Positions 20,728 through 28,859 of a stretch of DNA of 64,000 nt are shown here, one piece after another. The translations under genes and the position numbers were made by a program. Below the pieces are notes generated by a model. That model was not told the DNA's origin. It worked only from the letters and a program-made list of their open reading frames with translations, and did not search any database. Source of the DNA: a virus (taxonomy: Duplodnaviria; Caudoviricetes); IMG/VR virus record IMGVR_UViG_3300037067_009230, positions 1 through 64,000 of that record, one strand, 5' to 3'. The stretch's first letter is position 1. Every line of letters begins with the position of its first letter.

Positions 20728-20786
20728 TCTACAAATATAAATTAATTTTTAATTATCCAAATAAAAAATTATAAAAAACTTAAAAT

Positions 20787-21266
20787 ATGTCAAATTTTAC
20801 TACCAAAGATTCTAAAGAACATAAAACATTTTCCACAGGAATGCAAAGAGACACTGATTCTGATAAACCCAGATTTGATCTTATTACACCGGAACAGATC
20901 CCTTATAGTGAACAGATGCTCACCAGATGGGCCAGCCGTATGACCATGGGAGCAAAGAAATATGATCAACGTAACTGGGAGAAAGCAGAGACTACTGAGG
21001 AACTAAACCGCTTCATTAACTCTGCATTTCGTCATTTCATGCAGTGGCTTTGTGGAGAAGTAGATGAGGACCATGCATCAGCTGTATTCTTTAATATTCA
21101 GGGAGCTGAATATGTGAAGTATAAATTATCCCATAATAAACATCTTATCACAACTGATGAAGATGATGTATGCTTTACTTGTGTAAGAAATAAAATTACC
21201 GCTCTAAGTGATAAAGAGATTGAAGAAGTCCAATTATGTAAATCTTGTGTACACGATAAGAAATAG
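20787..21266 (+). CDS. dATP/dGTP diphosphohydrolase-domain protein (DUF5664-like)
   Basis: TG.QRD....KPRFDLI, GAKKY..RNWEK, SA.RH, EDHA motifs. Confidence 0.8.
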   Translation: MSNFTTKDSKEHKTFSTGMQRDTDSDKPRFDLITPEQIPYSEQMLTRWASRMTMGAKKYDQRNWEKAETTEELNRFINSAFRHFMQWLCGEVDEDHASAVFFNIQGAEYVKYKLSHNKHLITTDEDDVCFTCVRNKITALSDKEIEEVQLCKSCVHDKK

Positions 21267-21283
21267 AACTAATAACGATAATC

Positions 21284-21451
21284 ATGGATGAATTAGATGA
21301 GGTAAACGATAAAATAAGAAAATTTAAAAATCTTGAAAGAGTGCAAGCGTGGGGAAAACGTAATCCAGAAAAAGTCAAAGCGTATAGGGATAAATGGAAC
21401 AAAGAAAAAAGACGAGAGTATCAAAGAGCTTATAGAGTAAAGAACAAGTAA
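21284..21451 (+). CDS. Small basic hypothetical protein (55 aa)
   Basis: Translated by hand; Lys/Arg-rich; fills the gap between neighbours. Confidence 0.55.
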   Translation: MDELDEVNDKIRKFKNLERVQAWGKRNPEKVKAYRDKWNKEKRREYQRAYRVKNK

Positions 21452-21453
21452 GT

Positions 21454-21651
21454 ATGGAACATTATAAATTAGTATTCATTGATGAGCAGGGGAATGAAGA
21501 GTCTACTCAAATTGAGTCAGATGACCTTCGTTATCTCACATCAGAGGCTAGGGATCTTCAGAGAATCCTCCCTAAAGAGCGGAAGGATGATCATTGCTAT
21601 TATGCTGTTTTTGATGGTATAACATTGATATATTCAGCTTATGGCTATTAA
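21454..21651 (+). CDS. Hypothetical protein
   Basis: 65-aa ORF in an operon. Confidence 0.6.
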   Translation: MEHYKLVFIDEQGNEESTQIESDDLRYLTSEARDLQRILPKERKDDHCYYAVFDGITLIYSAYGY

Positions 21652-21826
21652 TGAAGTTTACGTTCTTACAGAGGAGGAATTAAAGCGATTACTTGCATCA
21701 CAGAGGGCTATTTGTAGTGATAATTATATCAATGGCTATGATGTAATAACAGCACCGGAACCGGAGTTACCAAAGAAATTAAGTGAGTGGGATATGATGC
21801 AGAAAATTTTTAATAAAAAATATTAA
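21641..21826 (+). CDS. Hypothetical protein
   Basis: 61-aa ORF in an operon. Confidence 0.6.
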   Translation: MAINEVYVLTEEELKRLLASQRAICSDNYINGYDVITAPEPELPKKLSEWDMMQKIFNKKY

Positions 21827-21827
21827 G

Positions 21828-22340
21828 ATGAGAGAAATAAAATTCAGGGGTAAAAGAATTGACAATGGGGAGTGGGTTTTTGGTGGGTTTCATGAGCATA
21901 AAAATGTAATGCTTTGCATCGCATCAGAAGAGGAAATTAAAAACAACCTAAAAGCTCTTATTCTTGTAGACGGGATGAGTGATTGGAATTTACCAGTTCC
22001 AATAAATGTTATCGAAGTAGACCCTAAATCTGTAGGTCAATTTACAGGGCTTAAAGACAAAAACGGAAAAGAGATTTATGAGGGGGATATTGTTAAAAGT
22101 ATGATAGAAGATTACTCCATAATGGATGATTGGGATAACAACGACCCTAGATGGGAACAACAACTTCCAACTATTGAAGATAATCGAGATGTAGTTACTC
22201 TGGAAAGATTTAGATTTTGGTTAAAGAACGAGGAGTTTGGCTATGAAGGTGAAGATATTCAAAATTCCGACTATTATGAAATCATCGGTAATATTTATGA
22301 TAATCCTGAACTTTTAATAAAAAATATTGATAAATATTAG
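21828..22340 (+). CDS. yopX: YopX-family protein
   Basis: MREIKFRGK...WVFG, GQFTGLKDKNGKEIYEGDIV, EIIGNIYDNPELL. Confidence 0.9.
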   Translation: MREIKFRGKRIDNGEWVFGGFHEHKNVMLCIASEEEIKNNLKALILVDGMSDWNLPVPINVIEVDPKSVGQFTGLKDKNGKEIYEGDIVKSMIEDYSIMDDWDNNDPRWEQQLPTIEDNRDVVTLERFRFWLKNEEFGYEGEDIQNSDYYEIIGNIYDNPELLIKNIDKY

Positions 22341-22439
22341 GATTATATCCTAAAACATTATACATTTGTATCACGTTCATTGAAGTTTTAACGGCATGGT
22401 GGTGATTATAAAGAATATTAAGGTTTTAATCATTTAAAT

Positions 22440-22512
22440 TGCGGGTTACGCAGGAGGGGTTCCTCGAAGGGCTCATATCCCTTGCACAGTAGTTCGAGTC
22501 TACTACCCGCAA
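22440..22512 (+). tRNA. tRNA-Met(CAT), initiator-like, atypical D arm
   Basis: Acceptor TGCGGGT/ACCCGCA; anticodon arm AAGGG-CTCATAT-CCCTT with three consecutive G-C pairs; T arm AGTAG-TTCGAGT-CTACT; no encoded CCA. Confidence 0.8.
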
Positions 22513-22577
22513 CAAGGGATTGTTGATCCACAGGTGAGATGATCCCCTTTAATTTAAAAATTTTAATTCTTCCATAT

Positions 22578-22727
22578 ATGCCACAAGGTTATCTTGATAT
22601 GAAGCATGAGTTTATGCGTAAGGGGATGAGTGAGAAAGCAGCTGCAACCAAGGCCGCTAAGATATGGAACTCTAAGCATAAAGGGGGTGAGACTGTTGGT
22701 AGAGGTAGAGAGGATAAAGGTAAATAA
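22578..22727 (+). CDS. Small basic hypothetical protein (49 aa)
   Basis: Start reassigned to MPQGYLDMK. Confidence 0.55.
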   Translation: MPQGYLDMKHEFMRKGMSEKAAATKAAKIWNSKHKGGETVGRGREDKGK

Positions 22728-22761
22728 TAAGTTTTTGTGTTTCTTCAGTTTGGGTGTGTTC

Positions 22762-22873
22762 GGGGCCGGAGTGGTTAACCGGCCCTTCTTTGAAAGGCTG
22801 TTATTTCATTATATTGCTGATTCGGATGAGTATCCCAGCTTGAGCCCTTGGGAGTTCGCTGGGGTACTTTTTT
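22762..22873 (+). terminator. Two tandem terminator-like hairpins
   Basis: GGGGCCGG/CCGGCCCT then TCTTT; AGTATCCCAGC/GCTGGGGTACT then TTTTT. Confidence 0.6.
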
Positions 22874-23024
22874 AAACTTTAAACTTTCTGTATGATGCAT
22901 TCACAAAGAATTAAAAAAGATAAACCACCTAAGTTACCGCCTAATACAGAGTTTAAACTTAACTTAGTAACTCTTGTAAAATTTATTATATCTATCAAGA
23001 AATTCTTACATAAACAGAAAAATC

Positions 23025-23819
23025 ATGTGCTTCAAAAAACCAAACTTTATTTTCACAGAACCATTTGACTTCAGATTAATATCTGCTACCATCAATGATT
23101 ATCCGGGTAGTATGAATGATCTCCGTGGGTGTAACAATGACGGTAGGCTTGTTAAAGATACCGTTCTATCTTATAAATACAATGCTGATGTTCTCAGGCT
23201 TATTGATTCTCAGGCTACTGTATCTGCTGTTACTAATGCTATTAGCAGTGCTATATCCCTACTTAAACCGGGAGCCATAGTGTGTATATTGGCTGATTCA
23301 TGTTTTTCAGGTGATATTACCAGACTTATGATGAATTTCATGGGTAGTATTCCTACACCTGAAAATTATAAGAGAAACAGATTTTATCAAACTCCGGGAG
23401 TCGTTCCTACGGTTAATTATCCACTCTTTCATAAATCAGGTGATATTCGTTGGATAGCAATGGGTGGATGTGGCAAAGTAGCTTACAGTGCTGATGCTTA
23501 TATCAATGGGGATTATTATGGAGCATTTACTTACTATGCCATGAACTCACTCCGTTTTGATATGACTTATAGGCAGTGGTATGAAGCGATTAAAAAATAT
23601 CTTCCAAGTAGTTTATTTGAACAAGATCCTACATTTATGGGACCGGATGATTTACTTGACTCAATAATTGGCTACAGGCAGACTCTATGGATTCATAATA
23701 GCAGCCACGGTACCCAACTTAACGGAACAAACGGGGATTCTGTAGATGAAGCTATTTGTTTGTATGATGGCAATCTCAGAGATAAGGTGTATTATAATAT
23801 CTTAAATAAGTTAAAATAG
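23025..23819 (+). CDS. Metacaspase-like (peptidase C14) protein with rearranged segment order
   Basis: INDYPG..NDLRGC.ND N-terminal motif; DSCFSG catalytic Cys; YGAFTY; His motif SSHG with DEAICLYD is C-terminal. Confidence 0.85.
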   Translation: MCFKKPNFIFTEPFDFRLISATINDYPGSMNDLRGCNNDGRLVKDTVLSYKYNADVLRLIDSQATVSAVTNAISSAISLLKPGAIVCILADSCFSGDITRLMMNFMGSIPTPENYKRNRFYQTPGVVPTVNYPLFHKSGDIRWIAMGGCGKVAYSADAYINGDYYGAFTYYAMNSLRFDMTYRQWYEAIKKYLPSSLFEQDPTFMGPDDLLDSIIGYRQTLWIHNSSHGTQLNGTNGDSVDEAICLYDGNLRDKVYYNILNKLK

Positions 23820-23824
23820 AGATT

Positions 23825-24046
23825 ATGAAAAATATTATAGTCATCTTGGAAAAGTCAGAAGACAATTATTCAGCATATATTCCTGCATTAGATGGATGTG
23901 TAGCCACAGGTGATACATTTCATCAAGTTAAGCAGAGAATTGAAGAAGCTGTGGAGTTTCATCTTGACGGAATGAAAGAAGAGGGGTTAGATATTCCTGA
24001 ATTATTTCAAAGTGATTATGATTTCGTTTATAAAATCGAAGAATAA
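23825..24046 (+). CDS. hicB: HicB-family antitoxin (no adjacent HicA)
   Basis: VILEKSEDNYSAYIPALDGCVATGDT...IEEAVEFHLDGMKEEG.DIP. Confidence 0.85.
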   Translation: MKNIIVILEKSEDNYSAYIPALDGCVATGDTFHQVKQRIEEAVEFHLDGMKEEGLDIPELFQSDYDFVYKIEE

Positions 24047-24235
24047 TATGATCTGTATCTACCAAATTCTTTAAAAACTGAAATTGTAGTAACTGCTAAT
24101 ATTAGGGAATGGAGAACCATATTTAAACAGCGTACTGCTTCTGGGGCTCATCCTCAAATGAGGGAGTTGATGTGCCCTCTTTTAGAGGAATTGAAAACAA
24201 ATATTCCAGTAGTATTTAATGATATACTTTATTAA
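24047..24235 (+). pseudogene. thyX: C-terminal remnant of flavin-dependent thymidylate synthase
   Basis: LPNSLKTEIVVTANIREWRTIFKQRTASGAHPQMRELM, in frame right after the hicB stop; no ATG; N-terminal RHR motif missing. Confidence 0.8.
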
Positions 24236-24247
24236 AAATAAATTATT

Positions 24248-24712
24248 ATGAAAAAGTACTTTTTAATTTTATCTTTTGCCCTACTTACATTAGTAGGATC
24301 AGCTCAGGTAAGTAATCTATTTAAACCAATAGATAATGTTCTACTGGTTAGCAATAACAGATCTCTTGTTAACAATAGAGGTATTCTGGATAATGTAGCT
24401 ATGAGATTGAATGTGGGAGTGACTACTACCCAGAGTACTTATGTAAACACTGAAGATAAGTTATTTGATAGTCATCCTATGGCTGCTGTTGGATTCGGCT
24501 TTGGTTTGCAGCACTATGTAGCCAGACCCAATGGAGAATTATTTAATGACTACGGAGCTAATCTACTTCTGCTTGTACCCACTGGTGTTGAAGGTTCAAA
24601 GGGTATGGGAGTGGGCTTATTTGGGAATGTAGATAAGTTCCAGCTTGGTGTGGATTACAATTTCACATTAAAGAAAGTTAGTTTAGATACCGGGATAACA
24701 CTTAAATTTTAA
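24248..24712 (+). CDS. Secreted small outer-membrane beta-barrel-like protein
   Basis: Sec signal MKKYFLILSFALLTLVGSA; amphipathic strands; terminal GITLKF. Confidence 0.6.
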   Translation: MKKYFLILSFALLTLVGSAQVSNLFKPIDNVLLVSNNRSLVNNRGILDNVAMRLNVGVTTTQSTYVNTEDKLFDSHPMAAVGFGFGLQHYVARPNGELFNDYGANLLLLVPTGVEGSKGMGVGLFGNVDKFQLGVDYNFTLKKVSLDTGITLKF

Positions 24713-24717
24713 GAGTT

Positions 24718-25038
24718 ATGTGTGACGGAAATTTAGCAATGGCAGAAACTTTGAATAACGCAGAACCAACCCAATTGGGTATAGGTGCAGTTAGCAGTAG
24801 TGCTTTTGTTAATAGAGAAGGTATTGTTTTGAAAGTTGGTATGAAAGTAAAAGGATTTATTACATATCAACGCTCATATATGAGAACTGGTGACAAAGAC
24901 ATCACTGGTACTATTGTAAGCAAACATGGGAGATTGTATGTAAATAGCGATTCTGAACCCGAAAAGAACTATCCACTTTCAAAATTTGCTCACAATTGGC
25001 TAACTCAAAATAAAATTGCATGGTTGGATGTTCTTTAG
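24718..25038 (+). CDS. Cassette-borne hypothetical protein (array 1)
   Basis: 106 aa; reads through a half attC-like arm (QLGIGAVSS); stops just before the next attC-like site. Confidence 0.7.
   Translation: MCDGNLAMAETLNNAEPTQLGIGAVSSSAFVNREGIVLKVGMKVKGFITYQRSYMRTGDKDITGTIVSKHGRLYVNSDSEPEKNYPLSKFAHNWLTQNKIAWLDVL
24770..24796. mobile_element. Half attC-like site
   Basis: CCCAATTGGGTATAGGTGCAGTTAGCA, near-identical to one arm of the 40314 site; partner arm absent. Confidence 0.6.
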
Positions 25039-25044
25039 CATTGC

Positions 25045-25138
25045 ACCTAACGGACAGCGGTAAGAGTAGGCCGCTTTGTAGACTGCTCAAATTTAGTAAC
25101 AGCCTTTCTGCGGTATGCTTTATGACCGCTTGTTAGGC
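25045..25138. mobile_element. attC-like site (array 1)
   Basis: ACCTAAC...imperfect inverted repeat...GTTAGGC. Confidence 0.75.
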
Positions 25139-25153
25139 ACAGTACATTTTATT

Positions 25154-25429
25154 ATGATTTCAATTAAAAAAGCAGATTGGACAAAGAAAAGAGAATACTC
25201 AAAAGAAATGAAACTTGATGGATTTATTTCTTCCGTAGAATTAAGCGGAATGCACTTTACTCAGATTGATTCACTCGGAATTGATTCTCGAAAATTAGAT
25301 AATCCAAAAATACTTAAACAGAAATTTGAAGCAGATAATAATTTGCGTTGTATCTGTTTGGATTACGGAGGCAGAACTAAAAAATATTGGTACAAAGTTG
25401 GCGACTTGCGGAAGTTGTATTGTGCCTAA
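25154..25429 (+). CDS. Cassette-borne hypothetical protein (array 1)
   Basis: Bounded by GTTAGGCACA and TGTGCCTAAC (perfect complement); stop lies in the CTAAC core. Confidence 0.75.
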   Translation: MISIKKADWTKKREYSKEMKLDGFISSVELSGMHFTQIDSLGIDSRKLDNPKILKQKFEADNNLRCICLDYGGRTKKYWYKVGDLRKLYCA

Positions 25430-25483
25430 CTAGCTAGTAAACATACTAAAGGTATGTTTACTATACAAAAATCAGTAAATAAA
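25424..25483. mobile_element. attI-like anchor site, copy 1
   Basis: AAC-TAGC-TAGTAAACATAC-TAAAG-GTATGTTTACTA-TACAAAAATCAGTAAATAAA. Confidence 0.7.
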
Positions 25484-25518
25484 TACACTTTTAAGGCTAA
25501 CAAAATAATCAGGTAATT

Positions 25519-25800
25519 ATGGAAAATAAAACATTATTAGTAATCATTCCGGGACGAAATACCAAAAAGAGTATATTCAGTTTACTTGTAGCCGAGACGG
25601 GTGAGTTTTTAACATCTCGTTTCTGTACCAATTCTGATTTTGCTTATGGTGATTTATACTTAACCAGGGAGGATAAAGTAAAAGAATATAAAGAACGCTT
25701 TGGAGAAGTTGAGGTGAAGTACATAGATGAGACAGATATCTCAGTAGCCGAATTAAAATCCCGGAACAAGAAGTGGTTTGAATCATTACCGAAAAAATGA
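25519..25800 (+). CDS. Hypothetical protein (tandem paralog 1)
   Basis: 93 aa; LLVAETGE motif shared with the next gene. Confidence 0.75.
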   Translation: MENKTLLVIIPGRNTKKSIFSLLVAETGEFLTSRFCTNSDFAYGDLYLTREDKVKEYKERFGEVEVKYIDETDISVAELKSRNKKWFESLPKK

Positions 25801-25804
25801 AATT

Positions 25805-26087
25805 ATGAAAACACTATTAGTTATTGATCCAGGTAGAGATGTAATGTATGATTGCGTATTTCATTTATTGGTTGCTGAGACTGGGGAACATTTAGCATCT
25901 CATTTATGTAGTAATTATGGGTTTGCTAAATCAGACTTATATGAAGGGAGGCCAGAACGTATAAAAGAATTTAAGGAGAGATTTGGTGAAATAGAGATAA
26001 TAATTCATTGATGAAACCAATATCTCACCAAATGAATTATTATCTCGAAACAAAAAATGGTATGAATCTTTATCAAAAACAGAATAA
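25805..26087 (+). pseudogene. Tandem paralog 2, frameshifted near 26000
   Basis: N-part in one frame; FIDETNISPNELLSRNKKWYESL, matching the paralog 1 C-terminus, in another frame. Confidence 0.7.
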
Positions 26088-26088
26088 T

Positions 26089-26334
26089 ATGAGCATATAT
26101 ACAATTGAAAGACAATTAAGTGACAAAGCGGATAAATGGGAACTGCATAATGTCCAAAATGAGAACAGGGAATTAAAAAACCAAATCAATGAACTTGAAA
26201 GAAAAATTGGACAACTTGAAAGTGTAAATAGTAACAGATATTATGCACTTGAACAGCTTTTTAATATACTTGCGGAACATCCAGAATTCTCTGATGTATC
26301 AGATCAACTTTATACGTTAAGGAGTAATCTTTAA
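26089..26334 (+). CDS. Coiled-coil hypothetical protein (81 aa)
   Basis: Start reassigned to MSIYTIERQ. Confidence 0.7.
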   Translation: MSIYTIERQLSDKADKWELHNVQNENRELKNQINELERKIGQLESVNSNRYYALEQLFNILAEHPEFSDVSDQLYTLRSNL

Positions 26335-26346
26335 TTATTATAAGTT

Positions 26347-26511
26347 ATGACAAGAGAATTGGGTTATTACTGGGTACAATGGGACATCAAAGATAATTGG
26401 CTAATATTCTGGTTTAATGGTGGATATTGGCAATGCTGTGCAATGGGTAGAATTGAACTTAATGACAAAAATATATTGTCAATTGATGAACATAGACTTT
26501 ACCATAAGTAA
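26347..26511 (+). CDS. Small Trp-rich hypothetical protein (54 aa)
   Basis: Hand-translated MTRELGYYWVQW...; fills the gap. Confidence 0.55.
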   Translation: MTRELGYYWVQWDIKDNWLIFWFNGGYWQCCAMGRIELNDKNILSIDEHRLYHK

Positions 26512-26523
26512 AAAATTGATTAT

Positions 26524-26736
26524 ATGATAACTATTAAAGTAAAAGGGTGTGTTAAGGAAACAACGAATGGTTATATAAAACCAGAATGTCCATGTGTGTG
26601 GCCCAATAAGAATGGAGAATGGCATTGTCAGTTTGGTTGTTTTCTATCATTTACCATATTACATACAAAAGCTCCATCTGATTGTCCATTAAGAGAGGGA
26701 GGTGTTGAGATTATCTTAAGCGAAAGCGGGGGGTGA
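26524..26736 (+). CDS. Small Cys-rich hypothetical protein
   Basis: 70 aa with CPC, C...C and SDCPL motifs. Confidence 0.6.
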   Translation: MITIKVKGCVKETTNGYIKPECPCVWPNKNGEWHCQFGCFLSFTILHTKAPSDCPLREGGVEIILSESGG

Positions 26737-26760
26737 AAAATAAAATCTATAATTATTTAA

Positions 26761-26786
26761 AAAGGCTCTCATATTAGGGAGCCTTT
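26761..26786. terminator. Bidirectional terminator
   Basis: AAAGGCTCTC/GGGAGCCTTT between convergent genes. Confidence 0.75.
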
Positions 26787-26790
26787 CTTT

Positions 26791-26955
26791 TTATATCTTA
26801 TATGGAAGATAGTAGAATCGTTTCCTGACCCTTCTGGGCCCTTTTAACGAGTTCACATGCATACAGAGTATACCAGCCGCCTCTTTCTTTGTCCGGACCA
26901 CCAGAGTCTCCTTAGGGGCTTCTAAGTCAATAACAATGTGTCGTAGGTGTTTCAT
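26791..26955 (-). CDS. Small HTH/NUMOD1-like protein (54 aa)
   Basis: Hand-translated; KKEAAGILCMHVNSL helix-turn-helix pattern; ATGA overlap with the upstream gene. Confidence 0.5.
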   Translation of the reverse strand: MKHLRHIVIDLEAPKETLVVRTKKEAAGILCMHVNSLKGPRRVRKRFYYLPYKI

Positions 26956-27131
26956 TCAAACATAGCTTTATCTATTCTGGCAAACAGATCCTTCTCCTTA
27001 AGGGTATTCTTAAGACACTGCCCAAGGAGCCTACAGCTTACACAAGAGCCAAATTCCTTACTATCATCCTTATTTGCTTTACACAGGGCACAGTAGATAC
27101 TCCTGCAGGCTACGTGGATAAATTTTCTCAT
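26952..27131 (-). CDS. Small Cys-rich protein (59 aa)
   Basis: Start reassigned to MRKFIHVAC; TATCTTTG -7 element at 27153-27160 upstream. Confidence 0.55.
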   Translation of the reverse strand: MRKFIHVACRSIYCALCKANKDDSKEFGSCVSCRLLGQCLKNTLKEKDLFARIDKAMFE

Positions 27132-27159
27132 GATCTTTTTTATTGGTTTATGCAAAGAT

Positions 27160-28200
27160 AAGTAAAATTGTGTATTCTCTAAGTGGGTTTTACACATTTT
27201 CATCAAAATTATTGGGAAATATGGGTATATTTTATGTTATATAACATGTTTTTATAGGATATGTGCACATTTTCCACTTTTCTATGCGTGATGTACAGGT
27301 TATCGGGGTGGTCCCCTACCCCCTTTGTGTGTTACTGTGGAGGTTTTACACAATTTCAGGGTGAAATAGGGTCCCATATTCGGATAAAAAGGCATTTTTC
27401 TACTTAAAAAGAGGTGAGATCGGGGAATTTCCACTTTTCCATGGGTGGGGGACTATCCATCCGATTCACCCCCTGCCCTGCTCTGAGGGAAAACTCGATC
27501 CTAAAACCGCTCTCGAATACGACCGGGTCCCCTTTGTCTAATAGATTGACATACAGCAACATACGTTTCTATTTTACATAATGTTAATTATCGGACACAA
27601 ACATATTAAAACGCTTATTTTCAGGCTGTTATATGAATATTTGGGCAATATGACAGGAAACTGAGAAAATCATAGAGACATTAATAAAAGCGTAGGGGGT
27701 GCATAATCCTAATTCTATTTTTACAACTAGACAAATAATATGTTATAAAATATGTTTTACCTGCATTATATGTTATATAACATATTTTATAAATTGTAAC
27801 TGACTGATACACAGTATAAAGTAAATACCTGTAAATAATAGAGGATATAAAAGTCTTTTATTATTTATTACTTATACTATATAATAAAGGATCACTGTAA
27901 ATAATAGAGGATATAAAGATCCGAATATATTTTATTATGGCAATATAAAAATAATTGAAAATTATTACTCTCAATATCAGTAACTTATAAATAAAATGAA
28001 AATATTTTGAAAAATACCTATTAAAATATATTAATAAAGTAAAACTAAACGTCTCAAACGTTCACCCTGTGTGGTTTTGCACACGCAGAATTTTTATATT
28101 TTATTCCTTAAAAACTATGTAACTCACTGATAATCAGTCTTGACATTACATATCTTAATATTATATCTTTGCTACATGTTCTTTGACATATGAAATAAAA
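27160..28200. other. ~1-kb non-coding divergent region, candidate origin or genome-end region
   Basis: No ORF; G/C-run block at 27300-27530, then AT-rich block with 23-bp direct repeats (27829-27851, 27895-27917) and TGTTATATAACA palindromes. Confidence 0.45.
28140..28171 (+). promoter_or_regulatory. Host-type promoter for the rightward early operon
   Basis: TTG...TATCTTTG. Confidence 0.55.
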
Positions 28201-28205
28201 TATCA

Positions 28206-28246
28206 TCCCTGGCAGTTAAGCTGTGGCATTCGATCGCAACCAGGGA
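28206..28246 (+). ncRNA. Degenerate tRNA-like minihelix
   Basis: TCCCTGG/CCAGGGA stem, CAG-TTAAG-CTG hairpin, TTCGATC loop with a weak stem. Confidence 0.35.
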
Positions 28247-28278
28247 ACTAATTATTAACCACTTTAATACTTAAAAAT

Positions 28279-28506
28279 ATGAATAAAAAATTATTTGAGT
28301 CTATTATAGACAAACATAATGCAGGCATGTTTAATATCTCACGCTTAGAGTATTCGAGTGAACACGAAGAAGCAAAACAAATGCTTAATAAATTAAATAA
28401 AAAAAATTTAATTCACTTTGTTAATTATCTTACATGGTATAATGGTCAGTTATATGTAGGGATAAATGGTAAAGGCGAATTTGATTTATTTGATCTTCCA
28501 AAATAA
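28279..28506 (+). CDS. Hypothetical early protein
   Basis: 75-aa ORF preceded by the repeated intergenic motif. Confidence 0.7.
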   Translation: MNKKLFESIIDKHNAGMFNISRLEYSSEHEEAKQMLNKLNKKNLIHFVNYLTWYNGQLYVGINGKGEFDLFDLPK

Positions 28507-28533
28507 TTATTAACCACTTTAATACTTACTAAC

Positions 28534-28830
28534 ATGAAAACAATAGATTTTAAACGTATTAACAAGGACGTTAACGGAAATCCTCGTTATGTATGTCATT
28601 ATTCAGAGTTTATAACTGATAAGGATAGGGAAAATTTTCCTTACAAGCAACAAATATTTAAAGTAAATGGTTACTTAGATAATCTTTATAAAATTGCTCT
28701 AAATAGGGCTAAAACCCTTGGGGGTCGCAAATTCCACAATAAACAGTATGGCGGTGGGATTGTATTTCAATCTTATAATATCATATATTTGCAAAATAGT
28801 ATCTTTGAATTAATGAAAAAATATGAATAA
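28534..28830 (+). CDS. Hypothetical early protein
   Basis: 98 aa; DVNGNPRYV and GGGIVFQSYN motifs. Confidence 0.75.
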   Translation: MKTIDFKRINKDVNGNPRYVCHYSEFITDKDRENFPYKQQIFKVNGYLDNLYKIALNRAKTLGGRKFHNKQYGGGIVFQSYNIIYLQNSIFELMKKYE

Positions 28831-28859
28831 TGAAAACACAAACCAAAAAATCAATCATT

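Noticed and set aside
22741-22875. Second tRNA (D-arm-like GCCGGAGTGGTTAACCGGC)
   Set aside because: No valid anticodon stem, T arm or acceptor stem; better explained as two terminator hairpins.
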